64,000 bases of DNA from Balamuthia mandrillaris (Eukaryota). Position numbers and translations under genes: made by a program. Below, one piece after another: positions 10,538 to 25,500 of this stretch. Under the pieces are notes generated by a model that did no database searches, had not been told where the DNA came from, and saw only the letters and a list, made by a program, of their open reading frames with translations. The DNA lies in assembly GCA_031835245.2 (NCBI GenBank), contig JAVKOQ020000044.1, forward strand, positions 1 through 64,000, read 5' to 3'. How positions within the stretch are numbered: the stretch's first letter is position 1; the number at the start of each line of letters is the position of its first letter.

Positions 10538-13500
10538 TTACTGAGAAAACTTTTGTTGCAACAGTTCGAACCATTGGCGCAGGGCGTCCGCCAGCACGGT
10601 GGGCAGGTTGTTGATGTCGTGAATGATGATGTAGTTGGGGAACGGGAATGTGTCCATGTAACTCGTTCGGGTGGGCTTGCCTCCGATGTAAGAAATGGTT
10701 TGGACTTCCAATATCGAATCGGGTCTTCCTAAGTTTTGCAGTTGATGCTCTTTGTGTTGTTGTCTTCTTCTCCTTCGTCCGCCTTTCTGTGCACCTTCCT
10801 CTTCCTCTTCTTCTCCTCTCTTCCCCTCCAAATTCATTTCCGACGAGGATGGAGCGGATGAAGAAGCAGAGGTGGAAGGCGCATCGGTGATGATGAATAC
10901 CAAAAATATGTTTCGGAGCGACGCTTCGCGAATCCACTTCTTGACCTCTCTGCCACGGCTGCCAAAGCGGCCGTCCGAGATGAAAAAGGCCAGCTGCAGG
11001 TTGTCCGCGTTGGGCTGAGCCGCGGAGAAGGCGCTCTTGGAGGAGTGGAAGATACGAATGGTCGTCTCGAGCAAGGAGAGCACGTTGGTCTTCTCCTGTG
11101 CAAACGAAAACTGAGAGACGGCCTCCACGCCGCTCTCCTGGCTCCACATCTTTCCAAACGGATGAAGCAACTTGGTCTCCTCTCCAAAGGCCAAAACTGA
11201 GAGCTCGCCGACCTCCAACTGAGCTAACGCGTTGGCCATCATGGTGAGTGCTTGTAGGGCAAAGTTGTCGCAGCGGTTCTCCTTCATTGAGCGACTGTCA
11301 TCGATGGCGAGCAGCACTTGGTAGTGTCGCTTGCTGGGCTTGGTGCGACGCAGCCAGATCTTGTCCTTCTTGAAGGAGGAGGCAATGTAGGGGATGACTT
11401 TCTTCATGTTCAGGCGTTTGCCAGTGCGATAGTCTCCTCGCATTTGAGTGCAGAGCGTCGGCTCGAGGATAAGCCGAAGCTGTTCGCAGAGCTCGACGGA
11501 GAGGTGGTCGGTCACTTTTTGCAGACGTCTCCAGAGCTCTTCGCCAGCTTGAACCATCGTAGAAGCGTTCTCCTGGTTTCTCCACTTGGACATAAAGGCT
11601 TCCAAGTCTTCTCGTTGACGAGCCATTTCTTCTTCGCTGAGCAGAAGCTTTTCTTCGTCGACCCGTTCTTCTTCATCCAAGTTGAGCTCTTCTAATGCAG
11701 AGGACGCGCTGATTATATCTTCTTCTTCGTTTGGTGTTTGTTGTTGACGCCGTTCTTCCTCCTCTTGTTTTTCTTTTTCTTTCTTTTCTTCGACTTGCAT
11801 TTCTTCTTCCTCTTCTTTTGTTTTTTCATTACTGTCTTTCGGTTTCTCTTTCTTCGTGGACTGATCAGTGAGAGCAGAAGAAGTATTCGATTCTTCTTGT
11901 TCTTCCTCAATCTTGTTTTCATTTTTCTTCTGTTGTTCTTCTTGTGTTTCCTCTTCCTTCTCATCTTGTAGCTTGACTTCATCCTGATCACGTAACGGTA
12001 TTTGAGTATCCTCAAGAAGGGTTTCTTCGGTTGGAGCCAAGGTCTGTTTGTCAGTTTCTTTTTCTTCTCCCTTCTTTACAAACTCGTGTATGTCCTCTTC
12101 CGCTGCTTCCACATCTTCATCCACATCCATTCCTTCCTGTTCTTCTTTGTTGCCTTCTTCCTGTTGCTCATCGTTCATTTGTTGTTCTTTCAACACCTTC
12201 AATCGCTCTTTCCATCGTTTCATAGCGTCACCAACACTACGATAAGGGTTAGGCTCCGCTTGTCTCTTACTGTTGTTCTGTCTTTCGCTTTCTTCGTTCT
12301 CTCTCTTCTGTTGCCGTGAAGAAACAGGTTTCCAGCTGCTCTCTGCATCTTCTTCGTTTTCGTTGTCATGACCTTGTTGTACACTTTCATCGGCATCCAT
12401 CATGTTTTCTTTCGATTGTTTCTGTTGATCGTCCCCTCCTTTTCTTTGTTGGTCTTCTTCCTCTTCCTTCTCTTCTTTTCTCTTTCTTTCTTCCGGGTCT
12501 AGAGTGATGTTCGAAGATTCAGCACCTGTACGATCCATTACGCCTTGTGCTTGCTCAGCGGCTTCTGTCTCGTACTTTTCATCCGGGTTTGCTTGAAGTC
12601 TATCATGTTGCTCATCATCCTCTTCTTCTTCTTCTTCCTCTTCTTCATTCTTTAACTCGGTTCCTTCTGATGCGGTTGCTTCTTTATCTCCTTCATCATT
12701 CAACTCGTCTTCTCCATCCTTTTCTTTGTCGTCGTGATCACGGTTTTCTTCACCTTCGCCTTCGCCTTCTTCATCTTCTCCTTCTTCTTCTTCTTCTCCT
12801 TCTTCTTTCATTTGCTCTTGTTCTGTGGAGTCCATGTCTTGTTCTTCTTGTTCCTCCTTTTCCTCTTCTTGTTCGTTTTCTTCTCCTTCTTGATCGTCTT
12901 TGCCATCATCGCCCTCAAGCTCCATATCTTCTGGCAATTCGAACTCTTCTTCTTTTCTCACATCGACGTCGTGTTTATCTTCATAAAGATCATCCACATC
13001 TTGCGCGCCATGCTCTTCATCTTCTTCGTCTTCCTCCTCTTCCTCTTCTTTGTTTCCTTGTTGGTCTTTCTCCTCCTCTTTCTTTTTATCCTCCTGTTTT
13101 TGTTGTTTCTCTTCCTTGTCTTTGCTTTCTGGCTCTTCGCCGTCTTCTTTTGCAGCCATTTCTTTCTCCGCATCTTCTTGTCCTTGGCTATCCACACTCG
13201 AATCCTTTTCTATCTTTTCCTCTTTCTGATTTTCATCTTCATCTTCCTCGTCATCGCTGGGATTCCAAAGTTTCTCATCCACGACGTTCTCCTCGTCTTC
13301 ATCCAACTCGCCCATCTCTCGTTCCAATTCTTCTTCCTCCTCTTCCTGTTCTTCATTTTTCTCTTTTTCTTCATCTTTCTCATCCACATTCTCCAACTCA
13401 CCATCAAAGTCCTGTTGCATGTCAAATCCTTCCTCTTCGTTTCGTTCTTCGTCTTCCTTATCTTCGTCTCTTCTTTCTTCCTTCTCTTCGTTCGTCGTTC

Positions 13501-16500
13501 CCATCAACTGTTCCTCATCTTCGATTTGCTCCGAAACGTCTTTCTTGCCTTGTGCGTCCCCCATTCCTGTTCCTGCTACATCATCCTCAAACTTCATCTG
13601 TCCTTCTCCTCCTTCTCCCTCTCCCTCCTCCGAAGAAGGAGGACAGCAATAGCCCTCCGTGAAGAGAGTGAGCACCATCGCACTCAACACATACAACGTT
13701 CGACAGAGACTGTGGTGCAAAGTCATGAAGCGAACTGTCCACCATCTCATCACCGCTTGATACTGACACAACAACGGGAAAATATGAGCAATGAGTTCGA
13801 CCGTCATTTGGTTTATCGCTTTGCTTTGTTGTTGACGATTGAAGCGAGCGAGTTCGTGGAGGAGTTCCAATGCTTGTGCGTTGAGTTTGGAAGGACGAAG
13901 AGAGTGATAGAGTTGCTCAAAGTAGGTATTTAGTTCGGGTAGATTTGCGCGTTCAAAGTGCTGAATGCCTTCTTCTTTCGCTTCTTCAGAGGAAGATGCC
14001 TCCATCTTTTCTTGTACTTGTTTTGCGTTTTGGATGGAAATGAGGATGTTATCTACCAGGAGAGATGCTTTCTCTGAGAAGCTTTTTCCAAATATTATTT
14101 CTGGTGGCTCTCCTTGTTTCTCTTTCTCCGACACTACCTCTCCTCTTCGTTGTTGCTCCACAAACGCATCCACTAATTGTCGAACTTTGCACAAAAGCGA
14201 TAACGCGTCTTCTCTAACCGGTTCTGGTAGCGTCAGTTGACTACGTTTGCTTTCTTCTTCATCTTCTGTGGCCTTCTTCAAATGCTGTCGCAAAGAACTG
14301 ACAAGAGCGTCCAAAGAAGCAAAGTTTTGCGAGACAACGCCCCAACATTCTCCCGTCACTAAAATCCGTTCATCAAAGAAGCACTCCAAACTGCCTGCTT
14401 CTTCATTTTGTTGTTGCTGCAAACGATCTGCCAGAGCAACGAACACGTCAAACTTCCACCCGTCGAATTGACGCTGTAGACGATGTTTGCATCGAGCACA
14501 AATATCGGCTTGCTCTTTCAATACGCGACAAAGAGCGTCCGTGTTGAAAGACGAAGAAGAGGCAGGAATTGCTTTTAGGACGAGCGCCAACTGTCTCAAC
14601 ATTTGTTCTAATTGATCCAAAACGTTCTTTTGCAGCAACAACCATCTTTGAGCTTCTTCCTGTGCAGGCAAGCAACAACTGCTTTGTTGCTGTTGTTGAT
14701 GGTGTCGGTGCAGAGAAGCAAAGGTGGAGAGTAACATCGAAAGGTCAGCATGATCGGCTGTCATCCTTTCGATACGTTCTCGTTGAAGCAAGACAAGATG
14801 GAAGAGGTGTTCGCAGTAGCCAGAGGAACGAGCAATCTCCTTGGCGTTCAGCTCTTTGGAGGGCACCTCCATTGCCTGCCGCATATTTTGCATCCGTCGC
14901 AGCAGTTTGTAGTAGAGTTCGTTGGAAGCCTTCCACAAGGAAGGAACATGTTCTCGTGTCCATTTCGCGGATTCATCTTCATTTTGTTGTTGAGACAAAG
15001 AAGAAGAGGCAAAGAAGGAATCAACGCTGTGCAGAGAAGGAAGAGAGAGAACATGGTTCATGTCTTTCTGTCGAGGAGAATAAGCAGTAGAAAGATGACT
15101 CAGTCCTCGAACTTGGTGCAAGGAGTGCAGCATATCCCTAAAAGAATGGATCTTCTTGGTTTTAGCTTTGCTTTGATCCCGAAGGAATAGAGTACGTTCC
15201 ACGAGGTCAGTGCATAATGCTTCCAACTCGATCAATTCCTGTTCTCTTCGAGTGGTTGGATGATGCATTGCCAGAAGTTCTTCATCTTTATCTTCTATGC
15301 GACGACGAGGAAGAAGGAACAGATGTCGGCTGCAAATTTTTTGGAGGCGAGAGAAGAGCTGTTGCAACTTGTTTCCTTTGTTCTCCAAATCAAAGATTGC
15401 AGAAAGTTCAGGGGTTCGTTGGCCACGTTCGTGTGAAATGAAAGACGAAGGCGAAGTGTTGAAGATAAACGTATCGGAATGCCAACGAAGGGAATCAGGA
15501 GCATATTCCCAAAAGGCAATCGTGTCTTCCTCATCCTCTTCTTCCTTTTCTTTTTCTTTTTCCTTTCCCTCTTCTTCTTTCTCCTTCTCTTTCCTTTCTT
15601 TCTTTTTATGCTTCAGTTGCTGTCGTTGAGCCCTTCGCTGCTCTTTCTTCTTCTGTCTTTCTCTCTGCTCTCTCCGCTTTGTTCGAACGGTTTCGATATC
15701 GTCGATGGAGAGACTCTTCTCTTCCAAGACCGGAATGATGGAAGCCGTCAACACTTCCTCCATCTTTCTCGTAAATTTGTTCAATTTGCGGTGCGACTTC
15801 TCTGCCGCTAACTTCAGAGCGTAGTGAGAAAGATCATCCCAACGAGCCAACTTGACAAAGTCTTTCATCTTCTTCTCGATTGGTTCGCGCATTGTTTGTA
15901 AGCCAGAAGCGAGACTATCGATGAACTGAGCGTAGTATCCTCGGATGTTGTAGAAGACGTTGCTGAGTCTGCTTCTTTTCTCCCATTTAGCGTGTTTTTG
16001 TCCTTTCTCTTCGCAATCTTGTTGACTCGTAATGCTTAACTCTGTTTCCAAGTGGTGATAAAAGTTCACCATCATGTTCAAACGCGTTACAAATTCGCCG
16101 TAAGTCGAGAGTCGCAAGAACCTATCCAACACTGCTACGATATCTTCCTTTTCCTCCGCTTTCTCCTCCACTTCGTTTGCCTCTTCTTCTTCCTTTGCTC
16201 CTCCTCTTCTTCGTTTTCTCTTCTTCCCTTCCTCTTTTTGTTTTTGTTTTTCATCTTTCGAAGCGCCAGTGCAAAAGTCGAAAGCAGAATCCTCAGAACC
16301 GAAATCCAAAAGCAGCGAATAAAGATAGAACCACCACTTCTCACCCTTCATCTGGTGCACCTGCGTTCTCGCCCTCAGTAACATCGGCCAGCTCTGAAGC
16401 TCCAACCGTCTCCATCGCCCAATAAGTCGTGCCAACTGCTGTAACTCCTGTTGCAGAGAAACCGTCTTGCTGGCGTTGGTCTCCCAGTCATAGGCTTTGC

Positions 16501-19500
16501 CGTGCAACAGCTCCAATCCCGTCAGGACTTTCATCAGTGGAGAGGTTATGGGGAAGGCCATTATGCGTCGCACAATCTTGATCAGCTGCTCCAAGAGTGC
16601 ATTTCCTGGGAATTCCTCCAATAGCTCTTGAAGACGCTTGAGGAGAGCCTCCAATGGGGCTTGAATGAGAAGTACTTCAGGTACATTGGCGTCCCGATAG
16701 ATGTCGTAGTCGAGACCTTGTTTTCCAGCTGGTGTATCTATGAAAGAAACGAGTTCTCCTTCGTTGTTTGCTTCTTTGTTGGCCGACGAAGATGACGTTG
16801 GAGAAGAAGATGAGAGCCAGAATTGTCGCTTCTTCATTTCGGCGGCAGGAGGAAGGCTGAGAGCTTTGTGAAGCGTTCGCATCAACAAGAGATGAGCTCC
16901 CACACCCTGTTCGTCCAGTTCTGGGGGAACATTGAAGTCTAAACGTTCGAGCATGCGTAGGCCAACTTGATAGCAGGTTTGCAACAAGTCAGTATGCGCT
17001 TTTTCGTAGAGACGATCTCTTTGTTCCTCTTCACTTTCTTCTTCCTTTATTCTTTGTTGCTTTCGTCGTCTTCTTCTGTTCTTCTTTTTGTTATCTTTGT
17101 TCGGTTGATGAAAGACTAAAGAAGATGATGGAGATGAGGTGAATTGGAAGATGTGCGCATGAGTGTCGCATATATGATGCACCTCCCAATCCTTCAAATC
17201 AGCCACGGTTCGCTTCTCCTCTTCCAAGCGAACTTTTTCGATCCTTTCTCTCAGTTCTTTCTCCTCTTGTTCCGCCTTTCGAGCTTCTTTGTCCAACTCA
17301 ACGTCATATCCGTCTTTGGTATCTCCACCTGTCACTCCTAAGTCCGCAAATATGTCCCAATAATCAGGAAACAGCTCGCGAAGGCTCTTTTCCTCCTCTT
17401 CTTCCTCTGTCAGAATGAGCGTCTCCCTTTGTTTGCGTTTGAAGAACTCCGCCTCTTCCTCTTGTCTCTTCCTCGCTCTTTGCTTTGCTCTCTCCCAAAT
17501 GGCCACGAACTCGGAGAAAACAAAGTCCAACATGAAGAAACTGGTCTTTGAAAGTGTTTTCTTTTTCGGTACTAGCACCGAAGAAGAGGAAGTGTTGTTG
17601 ATGTGAAGGAACAATCGAGACATGACGTTGCGAAGAACTTGAGGATAGAGATCGCGAAAGACATTTTGTCGGTCATCATGACGCAACAAGTAAAGACTAT
17701 CAGCGTCCATCAAGCCTCGTTCGATGTGTTGAAGCGGAGAAAGGAAGATAGAAGGAGAAGATGAACAAGAGACATTTTCCTTGAAAGGGAAGGAAACGAG
17801 ATGAAGAAGGAGCTTCCAGAGAGAGTTACGCAAAAGTGCTCCAGAAGCACGTTGGGCAAGAAGATGCTCCAATCGGTTAACCGATTGTTGCTGTTGCTTT
17901 TCTTCTCTTCGAGAATAATATCCAACAAGCAATCCTTGACTTACTGCTCTTTCTTTTTCTTCTTCCTCTTCTTCTTCTTCTTCTGCTGTCCTTCTCGATC
18001 TCTTGATTTGTTTTTGTTGGTGCTGATTATTTTGATGCATCAAAGAACCGAGCTCGAAACGAAGAATGCGAAGTCCAAACATCATTTGCTGAACAGCAAC
18101 GCTGAAAGGTTCCGTAATGTCCTTGTAATAAGGATATTCGTTCGCAATATGAACTACGAAATGAACCGCCTTTTCCTGCCACAATTGTTCTCGTTGATGA
18201 AGAATCGAGCAATTCAACGTATTGGGTGAAGAAGCATAAACGGAGCGCAAAGCAGAGAGGAAAGAGTTCATCAGGTCCAAAACAACGCTTTGCTTTCCTT
18301 GCATTTGAGCAAAACGATGCAAGTCCTCGTAAAGTGCAGAAAAACTAGTAGAAGACGAAGAAGGACGAAGAACCAACAACTCTTTCAAAGCCTTCATCTG
18401 TGCTAGGCAGACCTGTTTCTCTCTAAGCAGATGTTCGATGCGAGCGTTTGTGGATTTGCCGGTGAACAACTGCTCCAACTCTTTCCTCTGCTTCACTTCG
18501 TCGTCGAGTGCTGTGCAACGAGCTTCCAATTGTTGCAGACGAACAGCGTACTTCGCGGTGGGATCTATTCTCTGCATCGGCAACAAGAGCTCCATGCGAA
18601 GCAACCCCAAAAAGATGTTGAGTTGACTTTGAGCCATCAGCTCGATCACTTGTTCTGGGACGTTGTTGTTCTCTTCCGGTTGATGCTGAGACAGCTTCCA
18701 GAAGAGGAGACGGAAACAAGGTAATAAAAGACTTTCGACTCGTTGCTCGAAGGATTGGTTGTTGCAGCTAAGAAGAAGCTTGTGAAGCGTTTCACCTTGT
18801 TGTTGTGATAGCGTGTTATTCGTTATTGGTTCGTCGCATAAAGCGGAAATAAGAGCCGCTTCGAAAGTTGCGAGATGGTTGACGATGGAATTCCATTGCT
18901 CTGCAACAAAACAGTGCTTGAAGCAGTCGATGACCTTTGTAAACGAAGAAATGAGAGAAGAGAACAAGAATAAGAAAGAGAGAAACGTACCTGAGAAATA
19001 CAGTAGAAGAGAGAAAGCCAATCAGAGGACCGCGGATCCGCCAGACTGCTCTCACAAAAGTGGGCAGCTAAACGCTTCAACTGCACAGTGCGTTGATTAT
19101 GGTCTCCAATCGTGAGAGAAGAGCGCCAATCTCCAAACATGTGGAAGACAAAGAGACTTTGCACGCTCTGGAACAAACGAGAGGGGCCTTTTCCTTCTAC
19201 GCCCAAAACGCCATGCAGTTGTTCGTCTTCTTCTCTATTGCGATGGTGATGAGGTTTTAAGAAGGAAAGATCGTTAAAGGAGTTGTTCCAAAGACGAAGA
19301 TTGTGTCGCAAGTTCATTTCCTGAGCAAGAGTGTTGATCTGCAAGCTCTTCAGTCGATGTACCAACAAAGCCGGTTCGATAACTTGTTCCTGCTTCGTTA
19401 TTTCTGTCTGTTGCTTTTTCTCGATGTTATCGTCGTCCTTCTCTTCTTCCTCTTCCAAAGCGCCTTCCAACTTCCACACGAGTTGTTGGTAGGGCAAAAA

Positions 19501-22500
19501 GTCATCCGGTGGCCTTGAAGTGTGTTTCAGTCCTTTCTCGAAGAAAGCTCTCACCAAATGCAGCACTTTATGAGCTTCTTTTCTTAGTTCAAGAAGTTGA
19601 TGATCATTTTCGCCGTAAGAAGAACGATTCAAGAGAGAACATAAGCGAAGCACCCGAGCTATCACAGAACGTTCCTCTCGAAGACTGACATGATCCGAAA
19701 GAGGCCAAAGATTCTCCGCAAGATTTTCTCTTCCCATCGTCATTGCAGAAGAAGACAACAGCATGACTTGTTGGTGCAGTTGTTGCTCCGACAGCGATGA
19801 TGACAACAACGATTTTTCATTCTCCAACAACACTTCCTCCATGATCGGCGCGTTGAAAGCGAGATAACGTTTCTGGAAGACCTTCATACGTTGGAAGAGA
19901 AGGCCCGTTAACTCTTGTAACGATCGTATCAGCGGTTGCCGTTCGCTCTGTCGTCCGCGAATAGTAGCTAACGTTTTGAGATTGTTGTCGTTTATGTCGT
20001 TTTTGTCTTTGCTGCCGTCTAACCAATATAGAGTGGCGAGTCCTTCCACTAGCAAACGTTTAAACTCTTCATCGAGATATCCTAGCAAAGGATGAGAACT
20101 CTCCTCTGCAGAAAATAGCCGACAAGAAACAACGCTGAGATCGAGCTTGTTGTTGCTGCTGTTCTCCTTCTCCTCTTCTTGGGTCAATGACGACGAAGAA
20201 GGTAGGTTGTGCATTGTTTTGTTATCGATGAAGGAGTAGAGTGCGACCAGTAATTGTCGTTCCAAAGAGAACATGTCCTCTGAGCGCAACAGTGAAGCTT
20301 TCGGTCCATGTCTCCACAGTGTTCTCTTAGCTTTCTCGCGTGGATCTTCCTTTGTTCTTCTTTCTTCATCCTCTTCTTGAGAGCCACTTCCTAAACTTGT
20401 CTCCAACAACTCAGACATTCTCGTCATCAAAGCTGACAACGAAGAAGAAGATGAAGAAGAAGGAAAACGCTTTTGTAAAGACTTGACAAGAGCGATCCAA
20501 CGAAGATGATACGAAGCCAATTCAAAGTCACCTGCTCGTCGTATTCCTTGAAGATAGTTCCAAAACTCGAGGCGTTCTCTCAGAACAACTTCCATCGCAG
20601 CAATATCCACTCCGCTCTCCTCTTGATTAATCATCCTTTCTTGAAGAATTGTGTCCAACTCTGCAAAGAAGGAGGGCAACAAGGAGATAGAGGGATGAGG
20701 AAGTCTTGTGGCACTTATCTTTTGATGGAAGAAGAGATAAGAGAGACTTATAACATCTAGATTATCGAGGTGAGAAGATGACGATGAAGAAGGCTTTTGG
20801 TTGAGAAGGCTGCGAAGGAGGCATCGTTCTTTGTGTTGTTGGAAGAGAAGAACAAGAAGCAAGGGCACACGTTGCATCAGATTCTCGTAAAACCTCCATA
20901 ACAGTACGTTCCGCTGTTCTTCCTCTTCCTCCTCTTCTTCGTTCCCATCTCGCGAGAAGAACACTGTGTTGGAAAGACGATTCACAAGGGGAGCATTTGG
21001 TTCGAGGTCTATCGGTTGGAACGTCAATAGACGGTCAAACGATACCGACATGTTATTGCTGTTGCTGCGCTTGTGCACCTCACGAAGCTGTTGTTGCAAA
21101 GTAGTGCGAACACGTTGACACATAACTACCAATGGATGTTGTTCCGCTTGATCCAAGACTGAAGGAAGAGCTGCGATAAAATCAGAAGATGCTGGAGAGG
21201 AAGTTTTGTATTGTGCGCAGCTCGTGTTCATCCAGTGAATGCGATGAGCCCAATCTTCAGCAGAAACGTTTTCCAACAAGTAGAGAGAAGCAATCGCAAG
21301 AAGACGAGGCACATCATAACCAGTTCCTTGCTCTTTGAAAAGGTGATGCTGCAACAGAGCGCCTTGTCTCCGAATAGAAGTCAAGATAGAGTCTTGCTGA
21401 TAACTCGGTCCAGAGACAAAGAACGGCCACAATGTCGGAGCCAAAAACAACGACAGAGTTTGCATCTGATGTTGCTGCTGCTGCGGTCGTCTTGCGAAGA
21501 GATCGTGCAGGTCAGAAGCCAAGTTGAGTGCTTGTGCCACGTCGGCGTAAGAGGAAGCGGAGAAAGGTTGCAAGAAAGCATCAAAGTGTTGGTGATAGAG
21601 CGCACGCACGGATTGCTGATGAGCGTGTTGTCGCAGGTGGCGCACGTACACCAATTCCATGGCGTTGAGCAGGGACTCTGCCAAAGCAACGCCTCTCCGA
21701 CATTGTTCCACCGTCAAAGAGGCCCATTGCAACAGCGCCCGAAGAGTGAGACAGTGATGTTGATTCGTAGAAGAAGAGGAACTGATGACACCAAAGCCTT
21801 CATAAGCGCTGATAAGAGTTTGATGGAAAGCGAGCATGCGTTGTGGGAATCGGCTTCCTGGTATTCCTCTTCCATTCAACAAAACAATGGCATCATCATT
21901 TATGACTTTGTTGTTATCTTCCTCATAGGACGAAGAAGCAAAACTATACGAAAGATCAGGTGGCAACAAAGAAAGCTCGATGCCACGATTCCTCATCGCA
22001 CGTGAAATTTCTCCGTTTTGAGGGTCCATCGCCAAGAACAACCTGAAGTTGGGATGAGGAACGATTCGTTTGATCTCTCCATCCACCAAACCACGTTCGT
22101 TTACCAAGAGCACGCCCTCGTTCTCCAGCAACGGATTGAGTCGATCGAGAACGGTAGAAGGACAAAAGTTGACGTTGTCTATGAGGATCCAATGTCCATT
22201 CTCGAGAGCTTTGATGAGCATACCATCCACCCATTCGAAGCACCCAGAGACAGAACGTTGTTCAGCTTCTCGAAGATTTCGTAATTGTTGTTTGATGGTG
22301 GGTATTAACGCAGAAGCAGATGAATTAGTTTCTTCTGGTTGTTGCGAAGAAGTGAAGAGGCAGAAACGTTCGATGCTTGTTTGTAACTTGACGCAGAGTT
22401 GATCGAATAGATGATATTGTTCTTCATCATAGTTGCTTGTGGCTCTGTGAAGCATCAAAGATTCAGAAGAAGCGGACGACGAAGGAGTAGAAGGGGATGA

Positions 22501-25500
22501 CGAAGAAGGTGAAGCCGAGAAACGCGTTCGTGCTGTCAAAACAGACCACGTAGAATGCAGGTCCTGGAGCGTCGACAGGTATAATTGTTGCTCCTTTCCT
22601 TCTCCTCCTGCTGTTTTCACAACGAAATAACGCAACAGCAATCCCTCGCTTACTCTCTGCAACAAATCACCTAACTGTTGAAGGACTTCTCTCTTGTGTC
22701 GCTGCAAGTCGATTTGTTCAAAGCCACCCAACAATTCGGTCGTATCCACAGAGCTGTTCATGCAAAACTCTTTCAAGGGATTGCCAGTTAATTCCGAGAG
22801 CAAACGAACGGTACTTGTCTTTCCAGATGCAGGAGGTCCGATGAGAATGGTCATCCATCCTTTCTCAACTATCGTCATCATGTTCTCTAAAACATTGAGC
22901 GAACCTTTCAACAAATGATAACCGTTGCTTTCTCCTCCCGTTTGCAGTTGTTTGCTGCATAGTCGAGGTAAACAGCTACTGCCAACTTGTATGTAATCAG
23001 GCGTGATGTTATAGTAAGGATGTTTCTCGGGAGTAAAGAAGGCAGGAGAAGGCTCGTCTATCGTTCGTTGCATCTGTGATGTTGCAGGCGAAGAAGAGAA
23101 GACATGATTGAAGAGACGTAAAACGTGTTCTTTGTCTTCTGACGTGCGCATCCGTTGCAAGTAAATCAAGTCCAAGTGTTGCGCCGGATCCCAACATAGC
23201 GAAGAGGAGTTGTTCAACTCTGTCGTAGCTGGTTTCTGTCGCAATGTCATAACATCGCACCAACGGAACACGTCTCGAAGGTTAAACTCCCAAGGGCTTC
23301 CTTTTCTCGCGTATTTGGTTTCGACCATCGTTTCACGAAACAAGAGCTCGTTGAAGTGGATCATCTTTTGGAGTATGGAAGAGGGGATGTGAGGATAGAG
23401 TGATTGTGTGATGAAGAGAAGGTCCTCGCTGTGAAGCTCATCCACATGAACCTGAGTGAATCTGTTCAAGAAGGATTTGGGAAGACCTTTGCGACCACCA
23501 CCTACACATGAAAAGTGTGTAAGACGAAAGCAAGGAAAAGAAAGAATGCAACAGAAAAAGAGAAAGATAAAAGCGAACCTTGTCTAACAGGATTCTGACA
23601 AGCAAAAATGCGAAAAGTGGGCGGGCAGTGGAAGGACCGTCCCAACTCTGGCAAGTACATCTCTGCTCTATGATCCAATATAGAGTTCAAACCCTCTAAC
23701 ACCGACTGCGATGCCAAGTTCAGCTCATCCAGCAACACCCAATCTCCTCTCTTCAATGCCTTCAACAGAACACCATCGCACCAAGCAAACTCGCCTCCTC
23801 CTCCGCCTTGAACGGGAAGATCGCTTCCCAACAAATCCATCATGTCCGTTTGTTCCGAGAGATTGATGCGGACGAGAGGATGATGTCCGGATGCTTTGGC
23901 AATGGCAGTGACCAAAGAAGTCTTACCTACGCCCGGACTGCCTTCCAACAAGATGGGTTTAGGCAGCTGCAAGGCGCGGAGCACACGCATACAGTTCTTG
24001 GAGGTGGTGGGAGCGAGAAGCGCAAAATCGAGAGAAGTATTACCCTCGTCTGGGATTCCCATATCGATTTTAAAGGGGCAATTGGGCAGACCAAACGTTC
24101 GAGGTTGAGCATCGCCATCATGATCCATCCTATCTTCTTTCGCTTCTATGTCTTGTGATTTAGTGAGAAGCATGCCAGTAGCTAAAAGACCGTCAACGTC
24201 GAGTCCTGCTATATCTTCTTTGGAGAGTTGACTCAACAGCATTTCCAAGCAACGCCGCTTCAACTTGCTCACTTGAGTGGGTTGTGATGCTGATATTGCT
24301 GATGAAGAAGAGGAAGCTGAAGACGTAGAAAGCAAGAGCGAACGAGGTGTGCTACTATCCAAAGCATCCAGCAATACCATACATGCACCATGAATGTAAG
24401 CTTCCGCCCCTGTAAGTCCACATCCTCTCCTTTTTCTTCTTTCTCCTTCCTCCTCCGATTCTTTTGTTGTTGTGTTCATGAAAGAAATCCAAGCCAAGAC
24501 GTCACGCAAGCTCAGCGATCGTTTGGTGACTAACGGACGGAACCACTCCATAAAGTCCAAAAGGGGAACATGATAGGTAACCAAAGGAGGAATGAACCTC
24601 TCCTTGATGATGAAGGTGAGGTCCTCTCTCTCCGTGATGGCCGGCACCCATATCTCCGTAAAGCGGTTGCGCATGGCCGGAGAGAGCTCTTTCTTTCCAA
24701 AGTCACCGCCAGGATTCATCGTGGCCAAGATTCGAAATTCGGGATGAGCAGTGAGTTCCTCGATGTCGTTATCTCCACCTCCTCCTTTTTCTGCCAACAC
24801 CAGTAAACGATGCGGCTCTAAGACGCTGTTGAGGCGCTCCAGCACAGAGTCTTCAGCTAAGGAGATCTCATCGATGAGGAAGAGGTCACCTTGCTTCATG
24901 GCTTGAACTAGAGGACCGTCATACCACTGGAACAACGCGGTGTGCTGTTTGTGAAGGGCTTGTATTTCTTGTACCAACTGCCGTAAAGTGTTCAATTGTT
25001 GTTGTAGGAGAGCTACTTGGGAAGGAGAAAGTTCAAGTAAAGCTTGATCTGCTTCATCGTTTTCTTGCTCCTTCTCCTCTTTCTCGGACGGAATTACTTC
25101 TTGTTTTCTCTTGCCGTCTTTCTTTTTGATTGCTGTTTTGCTACCATCGTCATTCGTTATCGCTATTTTCTTCTCCAAATGAGAAAGCAGCGAAGCGCAA
25201 CGATTGACGATTGCCATTTGTTCAGCTAACTGGTTTGCTTCAAGCGGTTGTTCTCCTTTCTGTAGTTGCCCTTTTACCATCTCAAGCAGCTCCGAGTTTG
25301 AAGGAGGAAGCAAAGCAGCGGACGAAGCAAAGAATTCAGCCAAAGCAGCAAAGCATTGAGCCACAAGAGCCTTACACTTGGTTCGTATTGCCTCTTTTCC
25401 TCTGACAGGCCTTAATCCTCCGAGAAAGTCCGCCGTTTCCGTTTGTTGATGGCAGTTGAGAATGTGGAGACGTTGTTTCAGGAGAGCAGCATAAAGCTGA

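Noticed and set aside
12547..13933. Long + strand Leu/Phe-rich ORFs
   Set aside because: Antisense shadows of the midasin D/E-rich tail.
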